From contig JBKBHS010000004.1 of NCBI GenBank assembly GCA_046299555.1, forward strand, positions 120,959 through 184,958: DNA of 64,000 nucleotides, written 5' to 3'. Source of the DNA: Bacteroidia bacterium (GTDB lineage Bacteria; Bacteroidota; Bacteroidia; JACCXN01). Made by a program: the position numbers and the translations under genes. Each line of letters opens with the position of its first letter. The stretch's first letter is position 1. This document shows positions 40,979 to 49,751 of this stretch, piece by piece. The notes beneath the pieces are model-generated. The model was not told the origin of the DNA and made no database searches. It saw only the letters and a program-made list of their open reading frames with translations.

Positions 40979-41482
40979 ATGCAAAAAGTAGAAGTAGGAA
41001 TAATAATGGGAAGCAATTCTGACTATCCCGTTATGAAGGCAGCCGCAGATATTTTAGAACAATTTGGAGTAGGAGTAGAGGTAGAGGTAGTATCAGCGCA
41101 CAGAACACCGGAAAAAATGTTTGATTATGCTAAAAATGCCCATACCAGAGGAATAAAAGTGATTATAGCAGGAGCAGGCGGAGCAGCACATTTACCCGGA
41201 ATGGTTGCATCCTTAAGTCCATTACCCATTATTGGAGTTCCGGTAAAATCAAGCAATTCTATTGATGGGTGGGATTCCATACTATCTATTTTACAAATGC
41301 CAAATGGAGTTCCTGTGGCAACAGTTGCTTTAAATGCTGCACAAAATGCAGGAATTTTGGCTGCTCAAATTATTGGAGCAGGTAATGAAGAATTAATGAA
41401 AAAAATCATTGAATTTAAACTTGGCTTAAAACAAAAAATCGAACTTGCCAATCAGGAATTAAAGAAAGAACGCCAAAAATAA
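40979..41482 (+). CDS. purE: N5-CAIR mutase
   Basis: [37 protein letters not shown]. Confidence 0.98.
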   Translation: MQKVEVGIIMGSNSDYPVMKAAADILEQFGVGVEVEVVSAHRTPEKMFDYAKNAHTRGIKVIIAGAGGAAHLPGMVASLSPLPIIGVPVKSSNSIDGWDSILSILQMPNGVPVATVALNAAQNAGILAAQIIGAGNEELMKKIIEFKLGLKQKIELANQELKKERQK

Positions 41483-41485
41483 TAT

Positions 41486-42349
41486 ATGTATAAAAAGCTA
41501 CTTTTTTTTGTAAGTTTATTATTTCATTGTTTAAACATTAATGCAGGAAATAATAATCATCCTGTTGGAGCACGTGCCGGTGCTATGGCAGGCTCTTCTG
41601 TTACCTTGTCAGATGTTTGGTCAACCTATCATAATCAGGCAGGATTAGCTCATTTAAGCGGTTTTACAGCCGGTGTATATTACGAAAATCGTTTTGCAGT
41701 TAAAGAATTAAGTACCAAAGGTGCTGCTATTGCAATGCCTTATAAAAATGGAGCATTCGGTTTAAGTGTTACGCAATTTGGCTTTTCTCAATATAATGAG
41801 AATAAAGTCGGATTAGCTTACTCTCAAAAATTCGGAGAAGTTTTTTCTGCCGGTGTACAAATGAATTATGTAGGGTTATTTATAGCAGAAGGATATGGAC
41901 AAAGACATGCTGTAACAGCCGAATTGGGTGTTTTGGCCAATTTAACCAAAGATTTAAAAATAGGCGCACATATTTATAATCCAACCCGTACCAAACTTGC
42001 AGATTATAATAATGAACGAACACCTACTATTTTCAGATTAGGATTAAATTATCGCTTTTCAAAACACGTTTTTATTACTGCCGAAACTGAAAAAAGCACG
42101 TATTTTAAACCTGTTTTAAAAGCCGGTTTAGAATATAAATTCAATGATTACTTTTATTTAAGAACAGGCGTTTCAAACAACCCTAATATCATTGCATTTG
42201 GTTTTGGTATTAATATGCAAAACTTTCAGTTCGATTTTGGAGCTTCGCATCATTCCGTTTTAGGATATGTTCCACAGTTTGGATTAAGCTATGTGCCGGG
42301 AAGTGGTGTAAATTTGTTTAATAAAAACAAAACAAATTCTCAAATTTAA
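41486..42349 (+). CDS. Outer-membrane beta-barrel protein, PorV/FadL-like
   Basis: Signal peptide, GARAGAMAG...NQAGLA N-terminal motif, alternating beta-strand pattern. Confidence 0.6.
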   Translation: MYKKLLFFVSLLFHCLNINAGNNNHPVGARAGAMAGSSVTLSDVWSTYHNQAGLAHLSGFTAGVYYENRFAVKELSTKGAAIAMPYKNGAFGLSVTQFGFSQYNENKVGLAYSQKFGEVFSAGVQMNYVGLFIAEGYGQRHAVTAELGVLANLTKDLKIGAHIYNPTRTKLADYNNERTPTIFRLGLNYRFSKHVFITAETEKSTYFKPVLKAGLEYKFNDYFYLRTGVSNNPNIIAFGFGINMQNFQFDFGASHHSVLGYVPQFGLSYVPGSGVNLFNKNKTNSQI

Positions 42350-42352
42350 TAC

Positions 42353-44479
42353 TTGAAAAAAGCATTCAAATATCTCGTTTTATTTATATTGAACATTTAT
42401 TTTCTATGTTCAAACAATGAATTATATGCTCAGGTTCCCGATCAGGGAGATCCAAGGAAAGAAAATGTTATTGAACAAAAAATTGAAACCATAGCAGAAC
42501 AAGCAGAAGATGAAAATTTAGATTATACAGTTCTGCTTGATGAATTGAAATATTATCTTGAAAATCCCATCAATTTGAATTTTGCCACACGCGAAGAATT
42601 GGAGCAGTTCGGGTTATTGGACGATATTCAAATCAATAATCTTTTAAATCATATAGCTAAAAACGGTAAGTTAATAGCCATTTATGAATTACAAACCATT
42701 GATGGTTTTGATGCAGTTACCATACAACGTATTCTCCCATTTGTAGTTGTAAAAGTTGATTTTAATCGTCCTAACTTATCGTTTAGAGAGTTGATGGATA
42801 ACGGACAAAATCAACTATTTATTCGTTGGCAGCGCATATTGGAAGAGCAAGTTGGTTATTCACCCATAACAGATTCATTATTGCAATTAAAACCCAATTC
42901 CAGATATCTGGGTAGTCCAGATAGGATTTATACGCGTTACCGATTTAATTATGGAACCAATATAAGTTGGGGTTTTACTGCTGAAAAAGATGCAGGAGAA
43001 GAATTTTTTAGAGGTTCACAAAAGCGAGGATTTGATTTTTATTCAGCACATTTTTATTTAAGAAATATAGGGCGTTTAAAAGCTTTAGCAATAGGAGATT
43101 TTCATGCCCAATTTGGACAAGGATTAACGCTTTGGACAGGATTAGCATTTGGAAAATCTATTTTTATTACCAACATCAAACGCTCCGCAATAGGTATAAG
43201 ACCTTATATAGCAGTGGATGAAAACAGATTTTTAAGAGGTGGAGCAGCTACTTATCAGATCATAAAAAATGTGGAAGCAACACTTTTTTATTCGCAAAAA
43301 AGAATTGATGCAAATGTGAGCACAGCACAGGGAGATACATCCGATAGGGAAGAGGGCATTATAGTTTCATCACTTCAATTATCCGGTTTACATAGAACTC
43401 CTGGCGAATTGGAAGATAGAAATGTATTAAAAGAGCGAATTTATGGTGGAAATGTAACATACAAATCGCGTAGTTTTAAAATTGGAATGACAGCAGCTAA
43501 AACAGAATTTGATGGTTTATTACAAAGGAAATTACAGTTTTATAATCAATTTGATTTTAACTCCAATGAGCTTTTTAATATTGGAGTTGATTATAATTAT
43601 GTTTTTAGGAATATTAACTTATTTGGTGAAGTTTCACGAAGTGATAACGGAGCTATTGCCTACATTAATGGGGCAATATTAAGTATTGATCCCAGAGTTA
43701 CTTTAACCATTTTACATCGTAATTATCCAAGAAATTATCATACCTTAAATGCAGTTCCAATTTCTGAAAATACGCGACCTGCCAATGAGCAAGGTTTATT
43801 AATGGGTATTCAAATGATACCTGCTCCTAAATGGAATTTTACAGCCTATTACGATAAATTTATTTTTCCTTGGATGAAGTTTCAAGTTGATGCCCCCTCT
43901 CATGGTTATGAAGTAATGGCACAATTAACCTATGTGCCTACCAAAAAAATTGAATTATATGGTCGTTATCGCCAGCGTAACAGATTTAGAAACACACCCG
44001 AAGATATTGATGATATAGATTTTATTGTTGCAGAGAATCAAAATAACTATCGATTTAATGCAACCTATAATATTACCCCTTCCATTAGATTAAGAAACAG
44101 GGTAGAGTTTACCACTTACAAAAGAGGAAATAATCCAACTGAAAACGGCTACTTATTTTATCAGGATATTATTTATAAAGCCTTAAGCAGTCCGCTTTCG
44201 TTTTCATTTAGATATGCCATTTTTGAAACTGGTAGCTATAACACAAGAATTTATGCATACGAAAATGATGTTTTATATGCCTTTTCTATTCCTGCATTTT
44301 ACGATAATGGTTCAAGAGCATATTTAACACTTCGTTACACGATAGTTAAAAACATAGATTTGTGGTTGCGCTATGCACAAACATTCTATTATAATAGAAA
44401 TACCATAGGTTCAGGATTAGAGCAAATTAATGGTAATACACGCTCAGAAGTTAAAGCTCAGATTCGATTTAGATTTTAG
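42353..44479 (+). CDS. Helix-hairpin-helix domain protein fused to a probable outer-membrane beta-barrel
   Basis: PINLNFATREELEQF...IYELQTIDGF HhH module; aromatic beta-strand C-terminus ending QIRFRF. Confidence 0.75.
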   Translation: MKKAFKYLVLFILNIYFLCSNNELYAQVPDQGDPRKENVIEQKIETIAEQAEDENLDYTVLLDELKYYLENPINLNFATREELEQFGLLDDIQINNLLNHIAKNGKLIAIYELQTIDGFDAVTIQRILPFVVVKVDFNRPNLSFRELMDNGQNQLFIRWQRILEEQVGYSPITDSLLQLKPNSRYLGSPDRIYTRYRFNYGTNISWGFTAEKDAGEEFFRGSQKRGFDFYSAHFYLRNIGRLKALAIGDFHAQFGQGLTLWTGLAFGKSIFITNIKRSAIGIRPYIAVDENRFLRGGAATYQIIKNVEATLFYSQKRIDANVSTAQGDTSDREEGIIVSSLQLSGLHRTPGELEDRNVLKERIYGGNVTYKSRSFKIGMTAAKTEFDGLLQRKLQFYNQFDFNSNELFNIGVDYNYVFRNINLFGEVSRSDNGAIAYINGAILSIDPRVTLTILHRNYPRNYHTLNAVPISENTRPANEQGLLMGIQMIPAPKWNFTAYYDKFIFPWMKFQVDAPSHGYEVMAQLTYVPTKKIELYGRYRQRNRFRNTPEDIDDIDFIVAENQNNYRFNATYNITPSIRLRNRVEFTTYKRGNNPTENGYLFYQDIIYKALSSPLSFSFRYAIFETGSYNTRIYAYENDVLYAFSIPAFYDNGSRAYLTLRYTIVKNIDLWLRYAQTFYYNRNTIGSGLEQINGNTRSEVKAQIRFRF

Positions 44480-44482
44480 TTT

Positions 44483-46213
44483 TTAATTCGATAACTTATT
44501 TAATTCATCGCTTATAAATTGCATCAACTCTTTAACGTATTCTCTTGAAAAATTAAATTGAATACCTGCAGTTTTATATATTTCTCCAATGCTTTTGGTG
44601 TATCCCAGTTTTAGTGCTTCTTTGTACTGAGCAATAGTTTTTTCAGGATTTAGTTTGTAGTTACGCCATAGTGCAATTGCGCCTAATTGTGCCATGCCAT
44701 ATTCTATATAGTAAAATGGTACTTCATATAAGTGCAATTGTTTTTGCCACATATTGGATCGTATTTCTTCCAAACCTGTCCATTCAACTACTTTACTTCC
44801 AAACGTATTGATTATTTCATTCCATTTTTGGTAGCGTTCTTCATCCGTATGCGATGGGTTTTCGTAAATCCAATGTTGAAATTTATCAATTGCAGCCACC
44901 CAAGGAAGTGTATCAATAACTTTTTCAAGCTGCTCTTTTTTCGCTCTTTTTAAATCTTCCTCATTTGTAAAAAACTCATCCCAAACATCCATTGAAATTA
45001 ATTCCATTCCCATTGATGCCAATTCTGCTACTTCTGATGGTACACTTTTGAATTCGGTAAGCTCTAAGTCGCGTGATAAAAATGAATGAATTGCATGACC
45101 ACCTTCGTGAACCATGGTAACTAAATCTCTCAAGGTTCCGGCAGCATTCATATAGATAAACGGAACTCCTATTTCGTAAAGTGGATAGTTAAACCCTCCC
45201 GGAGCTTTCCCAATTCTGGAGTCTAAATCCAAATGCCCCATTTCTTTCATAATTTCTATACATTCGCCAAAATAGGAATCTAATCTGTAAAAAGCTTTTA
45301 TTGTTTTTTCAAGCAATTCAGCACCAGTTTCAAATGGTTTTAAAGGTGCTTTTCCACTTACATCCACTTCGGTATCCCATGGTTTTAAGTTATCTAATTG
45401 CAATAATTTTTTTCTTTCTTCATCAATACGATTAATGAGAGGCATTACTTCAATGGCAATGGCATCATGAAAAGCAAAGCAATCTTGTACGGTATAATCA
45501 AATCTCCCCAACTCTTCATGTTTGTAATCGCGGTAATTTTTGAATCCAGCATTCAACGCCATTTTATGACGCAGTTCTATTAAATGATTAAATTGTTTAT
45601 TTAATTCCTCTTTATCTTCTAATCTTCGTTTGTTTATTTTAATATATACTTCTTCACGTAGTTTTCTGTCGTTTTCTTTTAAATATTTGGCTGCTTGTTG
45701 TAGTGTTAATGTTTTTCCATCTATTTCTACGGTCATTGCCGCACACACCGCACCGTATTTTTGCTCATCGGTTTGTAATTGGGTAATAATTGGAATATTT
45801 TCTTCTCTATACAGTTCAATGCTTTTTTTAATTCTTCTTAAATAGATTTTATATGCATCGCCCTTTAATTCTGATGTATATGAACAATCATTTATTTTTC
45901 TGTTTAATATATCATCATAAGGAGCAATTTTTGGAGATATTTGTGTAACAAAAAATTCAAATGATTCTTGAAGCTCTTTATTTGTTGTGTCGATATTCAT
46001 TTTAATATAGCGCCATGCCATATCTTCTTCTAATACTGCTTCCAGTTCGCTTCTATCGTGCAGCCATTTTTCTAAATCTTTCAGAGAATTTAGTTCTCTG
46101 TTTTTTAAATTTTCAAAATATGGTAAAAGTTTTTCCCAATTATCAATTACTAAATTTTTAGGTAAAAATTTTCTAACTGGTTTTTGAGGGATGTTTATTG
46201 TTTTTATTGTCAT
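44483..46213 (-). CDS. M3 family oligoendopeptidase (PepF-like)
   Basis: HEGGH, EVAELASM, HLYEVPFYYIEY. Confidence 0.92.
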   Translation of the reverse strand: MTIKTINIPQKPVRKFLPKNLVIDNWEKLLPYFENLKNRELNSLKDLEKWLHDRSELEAVLEEDMAWRYIKMNIDTTNKELQESFEFFVTQISPKIAPYDDILNRKINDCSYTSELKGDAYKIYLRRIKKSIELYREENIPIITQLQTDEQKYGAVCAAMTVEIDGKTLTLQQAAKYLKENDRKLREEVYIKINKRRLEDKEELNKQFNHLIELRHKMALNAGFKNYRDYKHEELGRFDYTVQDCFAFHDAIAIEVMPLINRIDEERKKLLQLDNLKPWDTEVDVSGKAPLKPFETGAELLEKTIKAFYRLDSYFGECIEIMKEMGHLDLDSRIGKAPGGFNYPLYEIGVPFIYMNAAGTLRDLVTMVHEGGHAIHSFLSRDLELTEFKSVPSEVAELASMGMELISMDVWDEFFTNEEDLKRAKKEQLEKVIDTLPWVAAIDKFQHWIYENPSHTDEERYQKWNEIINTFGSKVVEWTGLEEIRSNMWQKQLHLYEVPFYYIEYGMAQLGAIALWRNYKLNPEKTIAQYKEALKLGYTKSIGEIYKTAGIQFNFSREYVKELMQFISDELNKLSN

Positions 46214-46231
46214 AACATTAGTTATTTAATT

Positions 46232-46257
46232 AAAAAAGCCGATTATTTATCGGCTTT
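46232..46257 (-). terminator. Terminator overlapping the last codons of the DUF5606 gene
   Basis: Minus strand AAAGCCGAT-AAATA-ATCGGCTTTTTT. Confidence 0.7.
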
Positions 46258-46878
46258 CTTAGTGGTAGACTTTTTTGCTTTAGCAGCCGGCTTTTCTTCG
46301 CCTTCTTCTTTAGCAGCTTTTTTTGGTGTTTTCTTTGGAGCTGCTTCTTTCTTTTCTACTTTGGCTTTTGTTGCTTTTTCTTGTTTTTCCTCTTTGGGTT
46401 TGGCTGTTTTTTTAGCTTTGGGTTTATCTTCTTTTAAAGAATCTGTATTTTCAGTTTCAGACGAAACGCTTTCTTTGGTATCTTCTTTTAGTTCATTTAA
46501 TAAATCTTTCGATTGTAATAAATTATACCATGAGAATAATTTTTTAATATCAGATGCGTAAACTCTATCTTTATCAAAATTTGGCAAATAGCTTTCTAAT
46601 TTTTTTCTTAATTCATCATTGCTTGATTTTGCATCAAATTGAATAGCACCTTTGTTTTCTTTTTCGGCTATTTTTTGAAACACTTCAGCTAATGGCATGT
46701 CTTCTCCGGTAGTAAATACGCTGATATCTTCCAATGCGCTAATTCGCTGACTGGAATAGGCGGGCATACGTTTGCCATCGGCAATGGATTCTACTATTAG
46801 TCCAAATTTGGTTTGCGATACTACTTTAAACAAACCACTGTGTCCTGAAATTGAAATTATACCTCTTAAATCAATCAT
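46243..46878 (-). CDS. DUF5606-family protein with Lys/Ala-rich tail
   Basis: ISISGHSGLFK...SALEDISVFT...DRVYASDIKKLFSWYNLL, then a low-complexity basic tail. Confidence 0.75.
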   Translation of the reverse strand: MIDLRGIISISGHSGLFKVVSQTKFGLIVESIADGKRMPAYSSQRISALEDISVFTTGEDMPLAEVFQKIAEKENKGAIQFDAKSSNDELRKKLESYLPNFDKDRVYASDIKKLFSWYNLLQSKDLLNELKEDTKESVSSETENTDSLKEDKPKAKKTAKPKEEKQEKATKAKVEKKEAAPKKTPKKAAKEEGEEKPAAKAKKSTTKKADK

Positions 46879-46978
46879 TCTTTAAATTGTTTTGGTTATA
46901 AAGGGATGCAATACTACAAAATAAATAAGTAAACTGAAAATTCTATTTTAAATAATTGAAAAACAATTATATATAATG

Positions 46979-49747
46979 TTATTTTGAAATAATTAAGCGT
47001 TGTAATTGGTGAAAATTATTCGTATAAATTTTGATAAAATAAATTCCCGAATTTAATTCCTGTAAATTAAGTAAATTATTATTTTCTGAATTAGATGTTT
47101 GAGAGTAAATCAAACGACCTGATAAATCTATGATATCGATTTGTTTAATTTCGATATTAGCATTAACATTAACAAATCCTTGGGAAGGATTTGGAAAAAT
47201 AGTGATTGATGCGTTCGTTGTGTTATATTCTAAAATTTTATCGGGAACATTGTTAATGTATCTTGTTTGTGCAGCCTGAGCCGAGTTTAACAAATCGTTT
47301 AAACTATCACCGGCAATTAATGCAAATGTAATTTCAATACTTTCTCCTACATTCAAATTAAATGGGCCACTGCTCATTACATGCATGATGTCGTTACCAT
47401 CTATACCTTGCCCCGATTGCAAACGTTGTATTGAAAGGCTTGTGTATTTTTCTTTAGTGCTATAACCAAACGATGTTAAATCAATTCCTCCGGCACCACC
47501 ACTAATATTGTCAATAGCATAGCAATTGGCAGGGGCTGTATTGCTTAGTAATTTAATTCCTGCATATTTTCCATTAGTTTCAGTAGAGTAAGCGTAGGCT
47601 AATTGATTAACTGCATTATAATCGCTTTTATTTTTAGCATAATTCATGATGTCCCAATCGGCAAAAATACCGGCATACACATTAGAAATTGGAGCCGGAT
47701 AAATATTTTTAATGATGTATTGAATTATCACATATTTATCATCCGGTGAATTATTCCATGCAAAAACTCGTTGTTTTACATCAACACCAACATAGGTAGT
47801 TGAATTAGCATCGTTAAATCCTCCTTCTGCATCAAAATCAGCATAAACAGGTATGTTTTTTTTCTGAATGATGGAATATCCCCAAAAATCGCGATCGTAT
47901 CCGTTTTCACCTCTTATACAATCAGAAACATACATAGAGTCTTTTCCTATCATTAGTCCTGCTTCAAATAATAAATTATAATCTCCATCGGCTGCTTTAT
48001 AAATAAATCCTAATCCACTTCCTTTTTGAATATCGCTATAACCGATTTGTCCGGCACTGCCTATGCTCGTCCATATTTTATTTTCTCTGATATTAATGTA
48101 ATCTACATTTACATCTACATCAAAATAAAAATCCTGTTTAAAACCAAAATCTCCTAATACTGTTAGTTTAATTTGTGCTGTTGTATTTTCTGGAGCATTT
48201 GATAAAATCTTAAAACTAAAAGGGGATGAAAGATTATTGGTTGATTGTAACGTGTTTAATGTTCCAACATTAAAAGTAGAATTGATAATTTGTAAATAGT
48301 TCGCATCTGTTGAAATTACGGCATAAGCTCCGCCTAAGAGCGATAACATATTGGTAAATTTTGCACTGAAACGAATGGTATCTCCTATATGAAATGCATC
48401 ATCATTATTGTCGGTAAAATATGAATTGCTAACAATTAACGATGGTTTATTTTGATTGCTTAATGCTTTAAACATATTTAATCTTCCGGAACCTAACTTA
48501 TTGGCTAATGAAGAATTATTTTGTGCACTAATATCATCGGCACTTACTCTCAATATCTCGCCTATCTGCAATGCAGTGAATGTTGGAAATCTACTTTTAA
48601 CCAAAGCGGCAGCACCTGCAACCAATGGAGCGGCCATGGATGTTCCTGATGAATTGGTGTATCCATTAATCCAGGTAGAATAAATATTATGGCCGGGTGC
48701 AGAAATATCTACATAATAACCAAAAGAAGAATTACTCCATTTACTGTCGTCATAACTTGTCGCAGCTACAGATAATACGTATTCATAAGCAGCTGGATAA
48801 AATTTTATATCGTTATTATTATTTCCTGCAGCGGCAATTACCAATGCATTTTTATTAATGGTGGCATAATTAATTACATCCTGTGCAAAACGAGAAAAAA
48901 CAGGGCTTCCCCATGAGCAGTTGATAATAGCACAGCCTTTGTCGGCTGCATACACAATGCCATCATAGGCTCCTGTAAGCATTCCATCGCTGTTTGCAAT
49001 TTTTACAGGAAGAAATTTACATTTAAAACCGCTACCAGCTATACCAATTCCGTTATTTACAACAGCAGAGGAAATACCTGCCACATGTACTCCATGGTGA
49101 GAAGTGCTGCTTACCAAATGATTATTATCACCGGTATTCCAGCCATAAAAATTATCAGTGTATCCATCTCCATCATCATCTATTCCGTTAATAGGATCTG
49201 CATAATTAATTTTTATGTTGGGAAATAAATCCGGATGGTTTAAATCAATTCCTGTATCGGTTATACCAACAACTACATTCGTATCACCTTGATGTAAATT
49301 CCATGCGTCAAAAGCTTTTACTAAGGTGAGAGCGTATTGGCTTGGAAGCATTGGATCATTTGGCTGAAAACATAATTCAGGAATGTAAAATGGTTCAGCG
49401 TATTCAAAGAAACTACTTTGAATTAATTTTCGGATAATGTAATTTTCATCAACGCTTCCGTTATGGAAACATTCATAAATCAGACTTAAATCAGTCAATT
49501 TTTCTTCATTATTGTTTTTAGGAATAGCGGGGCTTTTATGTAATGGAAATTTAGCCTTTACTTGATAGATTCCTAAGTTGGAAAAAATGCTTTGAAGTTT
49601 AATAGAGGGAGTATTGCCAATTATTTCTTGTCGTTTTTCGGGCTTTAATTTAAAAATAAGGTAATTGGGTATTTTTTCATTTGCCTTAATATTACTAAAA
49701 GCGATGATAGAAAAACAACTAAATAGTATTTGAATTATTTTTTTCAA
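46979..49747 (-). CDS. S8 (subtilisin-like) serine peptidase, T9SS type-A cargo
   Basis: Triad ITDTG / HHGVHVAG / GTSMAAP; CTD IFPNPS...GIYFIKI...RLIISK. Confidence 0.92.
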   Translation of the reverse strand: MKKIIQILFSCFSIIAFSNIKANEKIPNYLIFKLKPEKRQEIIGNTPSIKLQSIFSNLGIYQVKAKFPLHKSPAIPKNNNEEKLTDLSLIYECFHNGSVDENYIIRKLIQSSFFEYAEPFYIPELCFQPNDPMLPSQYALTLVKAFDAWNLHQGDTNVVVGITDTGIDLNHPDLFPNIKINYADPINGIDDDGDGYTDNFYGWNTGDNNHLVSSTSHHGVHVAGISSAVVNNGIGIAGSGFKCKFLPVKIANSDGMLTGAYDGIVYAADKGCAIINCSWGSPVFSRFAQDVINYATINKNALVIAAAGNNNNDIKFYPAAYEYVLSVAATSYDDSKWSNSSFGYYVDISAPGHNIYSTWINGYTNSSGTSMAAPLVAGAAALVKSRFPTFTALQIGEILRVSADDISAQNNSSLANKLGSGRLNMFKALSNQNKPSLIVSNSYFTDNNDDAFHIGDTIRFSAKFTNMLSLLGGAYAVISTDANYLQIINSTFNVGTLNTLQSTNNLSSPFSFKILSNAPENTTAQIKLTVLGDFGFKQDFYFDVDVNVDYINIRENKIWTSIGSAGQIGYSDIQKGSGLGFIYKAADGDYNLLFEAGLMIGKDSMYVSDCIRGENGYDRDFWGYSIIQKKNIPVYADFDAEGGFNDANSTTYVGVDVKQRVFAWNNSPDDKYVIIQYIIKNIYPAPISNVYAGIFADWDIMNYAKNKSDYNAVNQLAYAYSTETNGKYAGIKLLSNTAPANCYAIDNISGGAGGIDLTSFGYSTKEKYTSLSIQRLQSGQGIDGNDIMHVMSSGPFNLNVGESIEITFALIAGDSLNDLLNSAQAAQTRYINNVPDKILEYNTTNASITIFPNPSQGFVNVNANIEIKQIDIIDLSGRLIYSQTSNSENNNLLNLQELNSGIYFIKIYTNNFHQLQRLIISK

Positions 49748-49751
49748 CTTA

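Noticed and set aside
46184-46561. 125-aa hydrophobic + strand ORF
   Set aside because: Antisense shadow of the Lys-rich tail (AAA read as TTT gives Phe-rich text)
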